A stretch of 64,000 bases of DNA from Picochlorum sp. SENEW3 (Eukaryota): contig CP120459.1 of assembly GCA_034226945.1 (NCBI GenBank), forward strand, positions 496,001-560,000, given 5' to 3'. The notes under the pieces are model-generated. The model was not told the origin of the DNA. It saw only the letters and a program-made list of their open reading frames with translations, and searched no databases. Shown here piece by piece: positions 12,193 through 23,136 of the stretch (positions within the stretch are counted from its first letter, which is position 1; every line of letters begins with the position of its first letter). A program made the position numbers and the translations under genes.

Positions 12193-12643
12193 ATGCGGTT
12201 GATCATGAAGGTCGGTCTGCATTGAGGACTGCGCATTCCCTTCAAATACAGGAAATTTTGGTTCTAGCTGGAGCAGAAGGTGAGCTTAAGCTTGAGCTTG
12301 CAGAAGGTGAACTGTCATAAACAGTAGTTTTGTTTTGGGGGACACTACCTGACACAATAATCATGCATGCCAACATATGGATAGATAGATTACTAAGGAA
12401 TTATAAACTACCTGTGACTACAAGTTTTCAAAGACCATCTCTCTGTGTGTTTTTTTTGGTTGATGAGGTACATCTAGATGCAAGATGACAAACGTACGAG
12501 TACGTCGGTCGACCGGTCCATCTGCTCCAGGAGTCGGACCTCCCAACTCCAGCATTTGATTCGATTCTATCAATACTTGAATTCCAATGCACATTGCTAC
12601 TGCTCCAATATAGAATCAACCACTGGAATAGAAGTTTTTCATC

Positions 12644-14353
12644 ATGGTGACGACACGACGGGGTGGCGATGCCACAAAGGCAACACATGCCTCTCCTGAC
12701 AATGTGCTAGAATTTCTATCACAGATATCCCAAGCCCTTCAAAATAGAGGATTATCTAGCGATTGGAAGGTATGTGGTATATACATAATGCATTTCGCAT
12801 ATGCGCGACGTTGGTTTCTTCCAATCTTCAATGCATGGCCAACTCTTGCTTTTTTTTCTTTCTTCATTTGTGACGATATACGTTGCAAGACTCGTCTAAT
12901 AGTAGTGCATAGCGATAATAATCATTTTCATACATTTTCATTGCAGTATGATCAAGTAGAGAGCTCGTTACAGAGGGCAGTAGAGTTATTGCCTGAGGAC
13001 TCTTCTGTGAGGGCTGCTATTCTCGAGAACGGTGGGTTGGAGACGTACTCGACTGCGTTGCTGGAACTTCTTGTTCAAGAAGACGATGGGAAGAAGCCGA
13101 CGACGAAGAAGAAAAAGAAGGATAGCAGCAGCGATACAACTATAGGAAGGAAGAAGACTAATACGAAGAAGAAGGATCTGAGTTCTGCTTCTCTTGTTCT
13201 GGATTCACATGTACTCGCAGCTTTGGATACAAGAGATGTCGGGATGCTTGCCAAGGCTGTTGTATCCCGATTTCCGAGTGTGGACAAAGGTATAGAGTCG
13301 CTGACGTCATGCTTGGTGAAGAGGCAAGAGAAGGATGGTGTTGTCGAGTATGGGCAAATCTGTTTGGACATTGCCTCGGCCGTTGCTGGGCTTTGTTCTC
13401 GAGTGGGAGATCGAGTTGCTTCATACAAAGTGTTTGCAGAATATATGAAGAATGCCGATGATGGTGTTGATACTAGATTGTTGCAGTCTGCTGTTGGGAG
13501 AATTCATGCAAGTTGTTGTTCATGCACCCGAGACAGCCAGGAAGATGGTGCTATATGGACAGCATGGGGCAGTACGAGAGAGCAAGAAAATACCCTCATC
13601 AGTGCAGGACAAGCGTCCTATGGTATTCTTCGGTTACTGATTCAAGCAAAGCTTTCCTCCTCTGTTGGAACAGGTGATGTCACTGAGCAGATGATCAAGG
13701 AAATAGCAGCCTATGCTGGATATATGATCCGTCTCATGGCACCGTATGCATCAATAGGTCTCATGGTACATCATCATGCAGGCAGAAACGTAGACACGGG
13801 CTTGGAAGATTTGATCCTGTTCATGGCATGCAGTGCGCAGGATGAAATATCTCACATGGACAGGGAGCATTTGAAAGCTGCATGCTATATATTATATATG
13901 AATGCTGGACGTCGGGCAATGCAGATTGCAGATAGTCATGATTTTTGTTCTTTGAATGCGTCACTTGATGCCTCTGTATCGTCAACCATGCCTCCCCTCA
14001 GTGTGACAGAGTGGCTCCAATCACAACCTCGCAGTGCTATGATGCATATGCTGATAGAACAGAGTGAATCTGGGTTACCATGTATCAGTAATGCCTTGAT
14101 ACATTCTATTAAAGACAAGGAATTGCATTCATTGGCATCCATGGCATATGCTGAGATTGCAGGCAAGGATACTGTGGTGGCAGATGAGGAGCCTTCAGCC
14201 GCAGATGAATTGCTCTTCTTTGAGAGTACTGAGGGAGACTTGAACATGCTTCCACAGCAACAATGGATTGATGACGATGATAATGAAGAAGAAAATAGCA
14301 ATGGAGAAGAGGAAGAGGAAGAAGAAGACGACATTGTCATTGAACTGCCCTGA
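12644..14353 (+). CDS. Unknown protein with a Lys-rich patch and acidic tail (probable intron ~12769-12945)
   Basis: Long ORF; a GTATGT...TTGCAG intron-like AT-rich segment is read through by the ORF track. No family recognised. Confidence 0.65.
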   Translation: MVTTRRGGDATKATHASPDNVLEFLSQISQALQNRGLSSDWKVCGIYIMHFAYARRWFLPIFNAWPTLAFFSFFICDDIRCKTRLIVVHSDNNHFHTFSLQYDQVESSLQRAVELLPEDSSVRAAILENGGLETYSTALLELLVQEDDGKKPTTKKKKKDSSSDTTIGRKKTNTKKKDLSSASLVLDSHVLAALDTRDVGMLAKAVVSRFPSVDKGIESLTSCLVKRQEKDGVVEYGQICLDIASAVAGLCSRVGDRVASYKVFAEYMKNADDGVDTRLLQSAVGRIHASCCSCTRDSQEDGAIWTAWGSTREQENTLISAGQASYGILRLLIQAKLSSSVGTGDVTEQMIKEIAAYAGYMIRLMAPYASIGLMVHHHAGRNVDTGLEDLILFMACSAQDEISHMDREHLKAACYILYMNAGRRAMQIADSHDFCSLNASLDASVSSTMPPLSVTEWLQSQPRSAMMHMLIEQSESGLPCISNALIHSIKDKELHSLASMAYAEIAGKDTVVADEEPSAADELLFFESTEGDLNMLPQQQWIDDDDNEEENSNGEEEEEEEDDIVIELP

Positions 14354-14597
14354 TTGCGGATTCCTACATGACGGCATCTGGTATTTATATTTATTTATAA
14401 AATAATAGAGAGATATTTATGTATCTATGTATGGATCAAAAAGAGCGTGTTGTTGAATAAGAAAGAAAAGGACAACACCATTTGATTCAAAACATTTCTA
14501 CTTTGAGTGTCACACGGTTCTCTGTCTGTCTTTGGTGCACTCTATTGGGCCAGGAATACCTTTTCTTAAACTCACTAATTAAATAAGAATAGGTATC

Positions 14598-16703
14598 ATG
14601 GCGATGAATCCCCCAAAACCTCGGAAGAGAATTGTACCGCAACTTCTCTCATCTCCCACAGGGACAAGTAAGCATAAAATCGATGCACTGAGCGGTCCAT
14701 TGCAGGTTGATAATTTAAAAGAACAGTATACGCAAGCCAAGGAGCTTCTGGGTCCTGGGAGGAAGATATATGTGAATTTGGCTCCCTATCAGACAGAACA
14801 TAAACAGGTATCCTGGAATAGGGTAGGTTGCTGCGGTGTGGCTCATGCATGTTTTTTTTGTAATTCATAATGGTAGTACTGATATGTTGCAGTTGCTTCG
14901 GGAGGAAGGATGTACTGATACTCCTGGGAAGGAGACGAAAGGGACTCTAGAGATGTACTTGGATGCAATTACCAAGCCAATGACGCTGGTATGTTGTTGC
15001 TCTGGCATGTTGGCTTTAGGATTTTGTTGTTTAGAGATGGAATCGTATGATGTATATATATAATATTTGAAAACATGTGCAGGGGACGGATGATTCGGAT
15101 TCTGATGTGAATGACAAGGTTGGTGGAGAAGAGGATGGTGCAGAGGGGAGCGCATCTGGGAGTGAGGAGCAGGAGGAAGAGGGAGATGGTGAGAAGGGAG
15201 GCAATGAGGAAGCTATTGATGGGACTGGGGCTGACACGAATAATGAAGAGGAGGGCGTTGCGGCTCCTAGAAGGAGGAAGAAATGGAAGAATTCGTATGA
15301 TTATATGGATGACTTTATTGATGACAGTGAGTTTATCCAGGTTGTCGAGTTTGCGGATAATAGGAAAGCTAAACATAAGGGTTTTGTGATATATCGTGGT
15401 AAAATTGAACGGGATGAAGCGGATGCGGATTCTGGATATGAATATGATGAGGAAACTGGTCAACGAAAGGTGTGTTGTTGTGGTATACTTGTTGTGTAGT
15501 GTGCAGGGCATGTATCACTGATATGATGAATCATCGGTTGGGTTTTTTTTGCAGAGAAAACGACAGAGGAGGACAGCACCAGATGGTGAGAAGAAGAAAA
15601 AGGAGGATGCGACTCCAAAGAGAAAGTCAGTGCCATATGTCATGTCGGATGAGATGAAGGCTGCACTAGAGACACTGAGGAAAATGGTGAAGGAGCACGT
15701 TGACGCTACCGCTGGTGCCCAGGAAGAAGAAGACGGTGGAAGTGCAAAGAAGAGAAAAATAATTCCTGTGTCGATCAGAGAGGAGTTGATCAGAAATGAG
15801 AATGTATTCAAACAAGAGACAACAAAGGGTGGGTTTTCTGCAACAAACAAGATCCTTGATGAATTACACGGAATGTTAAATCAATTTGCAAAGAGAGAGA
15901 ATCTTAGATTATATGTGAGTGGTAAGGTTGGAGGAAAATCCAAGGAAGACGTGATTTTCAACACGTCGAAACTCAAGGCAATTGTGGCCTCTCTTGACCC
16001 TGTGGAACGTGGTGGGGAGGAACAAGAGGCATCCGGGTCTGAGGATCAGACAAGCTCGTACCTCAAAAACATGCCACTAGAGCTGCAAAAGAAAGTTTCC
16101 AAACAGATCAGAGCTGGTCTCCGGGGAGAACAAATCGACACGGAAAAGGGACAGACAGTCCTGCAGGAAGTGTTTGATTGTTTCCCAAGTGGGACCATCA
16201 ACCTTGACGCACTTCGACAATTGGCCGAATCCCCAGAGTCACTCGAACAAAAGTCTGCGGCTGAAAAGGATGTGGATGACGGTAAGACGAAAGAAGAATT
16301 GAACAAGGGGATCAACAATGTGGAAGCAATGGGTGATGACATTGCTTCTCTTGATTTTGAAGGCGCGGTCCAAAAAGCAATGGAGCATGGGGCACCCGAG
16401 GCTGAGATGCGTGCATGTTTGGACGGCGTCAAAGATGATGAATTCCTTTTTCCTCTCTTCAAAATGCTGGCTGTGGCGGGTCCTTGTGGGTTGAAGATTA
16501 AATATGCAGCAATACATGGTCAAAAGACTGGTCTCTATCGAAAGACAATCGTAGTCAGGTCTGTGACATCCGCCATCACCAGGCGCATCAAGGAGAATGA
16601 TGACATTGTCCTCCTCAAGGATTCCAAAGGTTTTTACGCCCTCAAATATATGCCTGGTGTGGTGCCAGCACCACCTAAAAGTACAAAGAATCTGGAAACT
16701 TAA
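14598..16703 (+). CDS. Ubinuclein/HPC2-like histone chaperone subunit (4 exons)
   Basis: HUN motif YDYMDDFIDDSE...GFVIYRGKIE; spliced N-terminal VSWNR|LLREEG; introns ~14823-14892, ~14988-15081 and ~15470-15554. Confidence 0.8.
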
Positions 16704-17950
16704 ATTATATTTTTAAATTGAAATTTCGTCTTTAGATTCCCAGCATTCTCTGTAATCTGCTTTTCTACCGTTCCTATAAAATCGTGATCAAGCAACATCC
16801 TACTGTCTGACATGGCAACCAAGCTTCCAGAGGATGGACTCTTTACAATTCTCTGTCGAGCCATGTCAGAATGCCGCACCATGACAGATTCTGCCCATGC
16901 CACCATGATGGAGCGAGTAACATCCTCGACCTGCGAATCTGCAATCGATCGACCTGCTTGACACACCAACCCCATTGCCGTGGCAGACCTATTGTCTATA
17001 AACTGCAAATGCCCTGCATCTTCCACAATCGTCTGCCATGCTGGCCCTCTAGCTGATCTATAATACAGATCAAAACTGCTCTCAGATGGAGCACAATCTC
17101 CCCCATTACCACCACCAATAATACACACAGGAATGTTTCTACGATCATGCGATAGAGCGTCTGTTGCTGACGGAAAGTCATTGCTCAAGGGTGTATACAC
17201 AGTCACATCGACTGGATCAATCAGACATAGAGACTTGACGCGTTCATCTCGCACGGCCGCCAGCGTTGAAATCTTGGCCCCTCTTGAATGCCCAATCAAC
17301 ATGACATTATCCGTATCACAAACCATGCCCATCGGCTTGCTGGTCTTGCACCAAAGAATCAACTCTTCAAGCAAATCAACACATGCAAGATCTGTCGAAG
17401 GGTCTAATGCCTGCTGAACAGAGTCATACGCCACCACTGCATACCCCCAAGATGCCAGACGCTCTGCATAACTTGTATACTGATCTGCCGAGATTAAAAA
17501 CCCGGGAGTAATGATTGCTAATGGAAATGGCCTCTCCACTTGAATAGCCTGTGAGCCCTGCTGTGGAACCCAAGCACTAATCCTAATCCGACACCTATCC
17601 GCCGACGTATTGCATGTCGTGCATGTATGCTCTAAACGAGGCAGTTTCACAGCTTTCAATGGCCCCTGCTCCCCATAATTCGGTACCTCAAACTCCTCAG
17701 GACCTGCTCCCCTGCTCGTCGAAGGGCTGTTTGTATCCAATTCCTGCGCACGCGCATCACTCTTTTGCCCTTCTCCATGCAATGTACTCGAAATTAATGA
17801 TACAGAGAATAGAAAATCCCGTCGCGAGGCACTATGAGGCCCCGTTCCTCTCGTCGCAGCAGTGGATATTCCATGGGTCACCTGTCGACGATTTGAAGGA
17901 ATCCGATACGCAAGGATTTCCGATGATACGATTCCGTTACAGCAATACAT
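16700..17950 (-). CDS. Chlorophyllase-like alpha/beta hydrolase
   Basis: GHSRG nucleophile motif, LIDPVD, GHLQFID; transit-like N-terminus. Confidence 0.8.
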   Translation of the reverse strand: MYCCNGIVSSEILAYRIPSNRRQVTHGISTAATRGTGPHSASRRDFLFSVSLISSTLHGEGQKSDARAQELDTNSPSTSRGAGPEEFEVPNYGEQGPLKAVKLPRLEHTCTTCNTSADRCRIRISAWVPQQGSQAIQVERPFPLAIITPGFLISADQYTSYAERLASWGYAVVAYDSVQQALDPSTDLACVDLLEELILWCKTSKPMGMVCDTDNVMLIGHSRGAKISTLAAVRDERVKSLCLIDPVDVTVYTPLSNDFPSATDALSHDRRNIPVCIIGGGNGGDCAPSESSFDLYYRSARGPAWQTIVEDAGHLQFIDNRSATAMGLVCQAGRSIADSQVEDVTRSIMVAWAESVMVRHSDMARQRIVKSPSSGSLVAMSDSRMLLDHDFIGTVEKQITENAGNLKTKFQFKNII

Positions 17951-17970
17951 GTATATTATAATTTTTTATT

Positions 17971-19698
17971 TTATTCCTCCCGTTCAGGGTCGTGCTGATA
18001 TTCGGGAACAGATTCGACCACCTCGTCCATCTCCACCTGAAATCCAACCAAGGCTCTATTGGTCTTGCCACCAACAACCACACTGCTGCCCGACTGCATT
18101 CCCCACACTTGTGAATGTGACAGATAACTCAGCACTGTTGTGATACAAATACCTCCAAAACCAGCATACACCAGTGGAATACCTGGATCAGATTTCAGTT
18201 CCATACCGCTTGAGGCAACAATATTCTGAATCACAACATCCACCCCATCCACCGTAATTGGTTTCTTCGACGTTGGTCTCCTCACGCCTACAAACTTTCC
18301 CGAGCTATCGTATACGACAACAGACTCGAGATCCTTTGCCAAGAAGGATATCCCTTTCGGGGTAGAATCTGCTGTTGGTGCAGCTTCCAAGGGGAGGAAT
18401 GATCCATACAGTTTACCATCCGACCCTCCAACTCCTTTCAACGGCGCCATTGGTAACACTATATTTCCTTCTTTCGATGACTCAGGAAGACTGATGGACA
18501 ATGCAGACATGGACCAATCTGTCTGATATGCAGTTATTCCACCAAACCGAAGGGGCTGATTGACAGATATTGTCTTTGACATGAGGGTCCGCCCGGCCTC
18601 ATCTTCGACTGATACATCCGTAAAGAATTGCTGCACACTTCCATCGGGCCTATAACTGATACGAAAATCATCCACCCTGAGCAGAGAAGAACTCCCTTTT
18701 GGAGGTATTGCAACAAGTGTGGATGGCTGCAAAAGCGACGAAAAAGGAGTCGATTCTCCTTCGGTAATCATTGCTGTTCCAGAAAACCCACTTACAATTC
18801 CAAGCACAATCCCAACCATGGTAAAAATCATGCTTGCATGCACCCCAATCGGTGCCAGCTTTCCCCCGAGCCCTTTGAATGCATACAATGCCCCATCCTT
18901 GATAAATATCCGATAATTCTTCTTCATCAACAATGTCGCAACATCAGACAATCGAGCATCTTGTATTCTTCGGGCGACAGGGAGATTCTGGTACCCACTT
19001 TCAGACGCTTTAAATCTCCATCGCTGCGCCACCTTGACCATGGGCAACTGTGTGGTCGCAGTACATGCCATGAGAGACCCCCCAAGCAATGCTAAAAGTC
19101 CTAAAAAGTAATTTGCTGAATAAATATGATCAAGTTGAAGGGCAAATATAATCTTGTACGTCAAAAACCCCAACACCTTGTTCCCTTGCTCAGGAAACTG
19201 CTGCACATAAAACTCTGCTGGCTTGTTCTGCTCAATCACAGTCCCGACAGCAGATAGCGCCGAAATAGACGCTAATTCCGCAATCGCTAACCGCAAGTTT
19301 GCCAACGGCTTCAACACCCGTTTCATTCCTGCAGACAAGGGTGTATTTGACACCCTCGTCCCAACTGTGTTTTGGCCCCTGTTGTAGGCATTGGAACGCA
19401 CACTGTCATCCATCTGTGATGTTGCTGTTGCTGTATTATCTATATCATCACTAAGATTTGGAGCATCCCTATACCCATCACGCCTCGCCGTATCCTGTCT
19501 TGTCTGACTCTTCCCCTTTTTCTTCTGACTTCTTGAAGAAGAAGAAGAAGAATTGGCTCGACAACATATACGCCTACATTGTCCTCCTCCTCTCAATCGC
19601 ATCCCATGAGATTGTCTCGTAGATGTGACATACGACGACACTGTCGTCCCAGTCATACCACGAGACACGTGCTGCATGTCCAAAACCATGCCAACCAT
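17971..19698 (-). CDS. CCS1: Cytochrome c biogenesis protein CCS1 (CcsB/ResB)
   Basis: LRLAIAEL...GTVIEQ, APIGVHAS, ISVNQPLRFGGITAYQTDW and DPGIPLVYAGFG. Confidence 0.93.
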   Translation of the reverse strand: MVGMVLDMQHVSRGMTGTTVSSYVTSTRQSHGMRLRGGGQCRRICCRANSSSSSSRSQKKKGKSQTRQDTARRDGYRDAPNLSDDIDNTATATSQMDDSVRSNAYNRGQNTVGTRVSNTPLSAGMKRVLKPLANLRLAIAELASISALSAVGTVIEQNKPAEFYVQQFPEQGNKVLGFLTYKIIFALQLDHIYSANYFLGLLALLGGSLMACTATTQLPMVKVAQRWRFKASESGYQNLPVARRIQDARLSDVATLLMKKNYRIFIKDGALYAFKGLGGKLAPIGVHASMIFTMVGIVLGIVSGFSGTAMITEGESTPFSSLLQPSTLVAIPPKGSSSLLRVDDFRISYRPDGSVQQFFTDVSVEDEAGRTLMSKTISVNQPLRFGGITAYQTDWSMSALSISLPESSKEGNIVLPMAPLKGVGGSDGKLYGSFLPLEAAPTADSTPKGISFLAKDLESVVVYDSSGKFVGVRRPTSKKPITVDGVDVVIQNIVASSGMELKSDPGIPLVYAGFGGICITTVLSYLSHSQVWGMQSGSSVVVGGKTNRALVGFQVEMDEVVESVPEYQHDPEREE

Positions 19699-20055
19699 GT
19701 TGTTGTTGTTGATAACAGCCAATCAATACGGCTTAGGCATTCATTGGTAGTACACTAGTTTTTGTAATCCTTTTCCTGCTCATATCGTGCTTGCCATCAT
19801 CATATCTCCTCACATTGTGGGTACAAGAGGAGAGCCTCAGGCTATCTTTCACAGTACCATGCTCTGTGGTACTGCGATTTCCCATGTCCCTGTCGATGGA
19901 GGTTGACGGTTGGTTGGTCCCACAGGGATGCATGGCATGGCTTCAGTCTACATGGCTGCAATATACAGCATTAAAAATATATTAGTATTTTCGACAGATT
20001 TTGATTGATCTGTTGTCTCTATTACAGATCCATTCGTCGTGGGAACGCAACGACC

Positions 20056-23000
20056 ATGGCCGACCCGAGGTCAGGTTCTGAACGCCGTGTGCTTCGTTCA
20101 GAGTCAAATTCAGAGTCTCTGAAAGAAAGACTGAAAAATATGCAGATGAATAAGGTCCACGGGGGGGATGGCCGTGCTGGAAAGGAGAATGCGACGTATG
20201 GCATTGATCGATCGAGAGTGCGGTTAGAAGAGCAGATGGAAGTTCTCCAAGGGCGATTACAGACTATTCGAGAGACTCCAACGCTTCAGAGGAAGACGGT
20301 GGGAAGGGTGCAGCAGGATGATGGGTTTGGTGGATTGGCTGCCAAGTTGGAGTCTCTGAGGCAGCGGGAAAAGCCTAGTAGTAGCGTCACGAATGATGAT
20401 GGCAAGGTGTTTGATAGTCAGGGGTTGAGCCGATCTGCACAGCAATTGTTTGGGGATGCAGAGTTTGTGGGGTTGTGTGAGAAGGGGTTGAAGGCGCAGT
20501 TGACAAGGACGAGGGATGGGGCGACACAGGAGATGCGTATGAGAGAGCTTGCGGAGATTGTGAAAACGATGAGGAAGGCGTTGAAGGAGATGCAGCAGCG
20601 GACGCAAATGTTTGTGGAGGTATCTGTCAAGTATGAGAGGGATGCGAGTAGCCAGGTGGAGCGGGTCAAGTTGTCTGCAGATTCAGCAGCAATGGCTGCA
20701 TCAGCGGAGATTGCAAATCTGAGAAGGGATGCTGCGACGGAGGCTGCGAATCATAAAGCTGCTTTTGCGCAGTGGCAAGGAGAAATGGATTTGCAAAAGT
20801 CTGAGATGGCGGGGTTGAAGAGGGAGATTGAGCGTCTGCAGCATGAGTATGATTCTCTGCAGCAGGAGTTTGGGAGTCTGAAGAGCGACAAGGGTGGGGT
20901 GGAGACTGAGCTTCATGATTTGAAACGTGCTATTTCAGATAGAGAGAAGGAGCTTCAGGCTGGGAAGAATGCTGCGACACAGACAGTGTATCAGGTGAAG
21001 GAGGACTTTGAGAGACAAAAGGCAGAACTGATGGATGCGTTGCAGCAAGCACGTGAACAGGTTTCAATAGCAGAAGAAGCAAAGAGGCAGTTGAGTGCTG
21101 AATTGAAATCTGCAAAGGAGCATGGGGAGAGCATGAGTGCAGACATGAAGAAGACTCTGTCGGAACTTGAGAGCACAACAGCAGAATTGGAAACAACAAA
21201 GCAACGTCTTGCTGACGTACAGGGACAGTATGAAAAGATTATGACGGATTTGAACAGTAGCAAAAATGATTATAGCAGCACGAATAAAAAACTGGGAGAG
21301 TGGCAACAAAAGGCTGCTGATCTCCTGCAGGAATTAGAAAAGGAGCGGGAGGCTTCAGCCAAGTTGAGGCAGTCTGCTGAGACATATGCTGATACTGCTG
21401 CCACACAGGAAGAGACTTTGAAGGAAGCAAAGGCAAAGTATGAAGACGAAATCGCGGAGATGAAGCAACGTGTCAATGAGCTCGAGAAGGAGCGAGATGT
21501 GCTGAAAGAGGCCATGGAGAATGGTGCTACACAGCATGAAGAGGCAAAACAAGCCATGGAAACGTTGACCTCTGAGCTTGAGGAGACTCGCGGGGAGCTG
21601 AAAGATGCAAAAGAAGCACTTGAAAAGCTGCAAGAGGAGGGATCATCTGCATTGAAGGCTGTGGAAAAGGCAAATGAACGGGCGGATACTGCAGAAGCCA
21701 AGTTGACAGAGGTGGAAAAGGAAGCCTCAGAAAAAGCGTCAAAGCTTGCTCAATTGGAAGGAGAATTGGAGGCTCTTCAAGAGTGCACGTATGGTCTGGA
21801 AGGAGGAGACCAAAAGGAGTTGCTGTCTAGAATGGTGTCCAAAATTGCATCCCTGGAAGCTGCCGTAGTTGCAGCGGATGCCAAACGTAGAGAAGCCCAT
21901 AATCAGCTCGTTGAGTTGAAAGGAAACATCCGCGTCTTCTGTAGGCTCCGACCAAATCCTTCCAGTGTTGCCCAGGTATCCTCTGATGGCACTTCCATCA
22001 GGATATACGCAGACTCAAAACCATATGAGTTCAACTATGACAAGGTATTCAAGCCAGAAGCAACTCAGACGGATATATTCAACCAGGTATCGGATTTGGT
22101 TCAATCTGCTCTGGATGGCTATAATGTGTGCTTGTTCAGTTATGGACAGACTGGTGCTGGAAAGACGCATACTATGCAAGGCAGCAATGTACCAGGGCAA
22201 GAAGGTATCATACCAAGGTCTATTGCAAAGATTTTGAAAACAGTTGCCACCCTGAAGGAACAAGGATGGGAATACACACTTGAGGCATCATATATTGAAG
22301 TCTACAATGAACAACTCAGGGATTTGTTGGCAGAGGGAAAAGGTGCTGGAAAAATCACAGAGAACAATGCCATTCAGCATTCGCCTAATGGGGGTCCAAC
22401 TGTTGTGCATGGAGCGACACGATTGCCCATATCATCAGAATATGATGCTGAGGAGATTGTAGCACGAGCTGCTGCCTCTAGAGCTGTGGAGTCCACTGCC
22501 ATGAATTCCACCTCCTCTAGATCTCACTCTGTATTCATGCTTTATATTTCAGGATGCCATGAAGCAACAGAAACATCACTTCAAGGATCTCTGAATTTGG
22601 TAGATTTGGCTGGCAGTGAAAGGCTCAACAGGAGTCAGGTTGAGGGCCAGAGGGCCAAAGAAGCATGCTCGATCAATAAGAGTCTCAGCTCTCTTGGGGA
22701 TGTATTTGCTGCACTGTCCTCTAAGCAAGCGCACATTCCATACAGAAACTCCAAACTAACGCATTTGCTGCAGCCGTGTCTAGGTGGTTCTGGTAAGACA
22801 CTCATGTTTGTAAACATCAATCCAGAGGCCGCCTCCGCGCAGGAATCTCTCTGCTCTCTCAGGTTTGCATCAAAAGTTAATCAATGTGAAACAGCAGCCC
22901 GAGGGGGAGCAAAAAGGCACACATCTATGCTGGACAGAGGGAGACCATCCATTGCACCAACAGGTAGGGAGTCTGGTGCAGGCACACGCAGACAGTCGAT

Positions 23001-23109
23001 CGCTCCAACAGCTCGAGCAGACTCTAGAAGAGCAAGCATGATTCCTGGTAGTAAACGAAAGGCCATGGGACCGCCTCCAAATCCAACATCTAGAGCGCGA
23101 TTTGAATGA
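20056..23109 (+). CDS. Kinesin-14 (C-terminal motor with long coiled coil)
   Basis: Neck ELKGNIRVFCR, P-loop GQTGAGKT, SSRSH and VDLAGSE. Confidence 0.95.
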   Translation: MADPRSGSERRVLRSESNSESLKERLKNMQMNKVHGGDGRAGKENATYGIDRSRVRLEEQMEVLQGRLQTIRETPTLQRKTVGRVQQDDGFGGLAAKLESLRQREKPSSSVTNDDGKVFDSQGLSRSAQQLFGDAEFVGLCEKGLKAQLTRTRDGATQEMRMRELAEIVKTMRKALKEMQQRTQMFVEVSVKYERDASSQVERVKLSADSAAMAASAEIANLRRDAATEAANHKAAFAQWQGEMDLQKSEMAGLKREIERLQHEYDSLQQEFGSLKSDKGGVETELHDLKRAISDREKELQAGKNAATQTVYQVKEDFERQKAELMDALQQAREQVSIAEEAKRQLSAELKSAKEHGESMSADMKKTLSELESTTAELETTKQRLADVQGQYEKIMTDLNSSKNDYSSTNKKLGEWQQKAADLLQELEKEREASAKLRQSAETYADTAATQEETLKEAKAKYEDEIAEMKQRVNELEKERDVLKEAMENGATQHEEAKQAMETLTSELEETRGELKDAKEALEKLQEEGSSALKAVEKANERADTAEAKLTEVEKEASEKASKLAQLEGELEALQECTYGLEGGDQKELLSRMVSKIASLEAAVVAADAKRREAHNQLVELKGNIRVFCRLRPNPSSVAQVSSDGTSIRIYADSKPYEFNYDKVFKPEATQTDIFNQVSDLVQSALDGYNVCLFSYGQTGAGKTHTMQGSNVPGQEGIIPRSIAKILKTVATLKEQGWEYTLEASYIEVYNEQLRDLLAEGKGAGKITENNAIQHSPNGGPTVVHGATRLPISSEYDAEEIVARAAASRAVESTAMNSTSSRSHSVFMLYISGCHEATETSLQGSLNLVDLAGSERLNRSQVEGQRAKEACSINKSLSSLGDVFAALSSKQAHIPYRNSKLTHLLQPCLGGSGKTLMFVNINPEAASAQESLCSLRFASKVNQCETAARGGAKRHTSMLDRGRPSIAPTGRESGAGTRRQSIAPTARADSRRASMIPGSKRKAMGPPPNPTSRARFE

Positions 23110-23136
23110 TTTCATCCTCATTACATGTGAATAACA

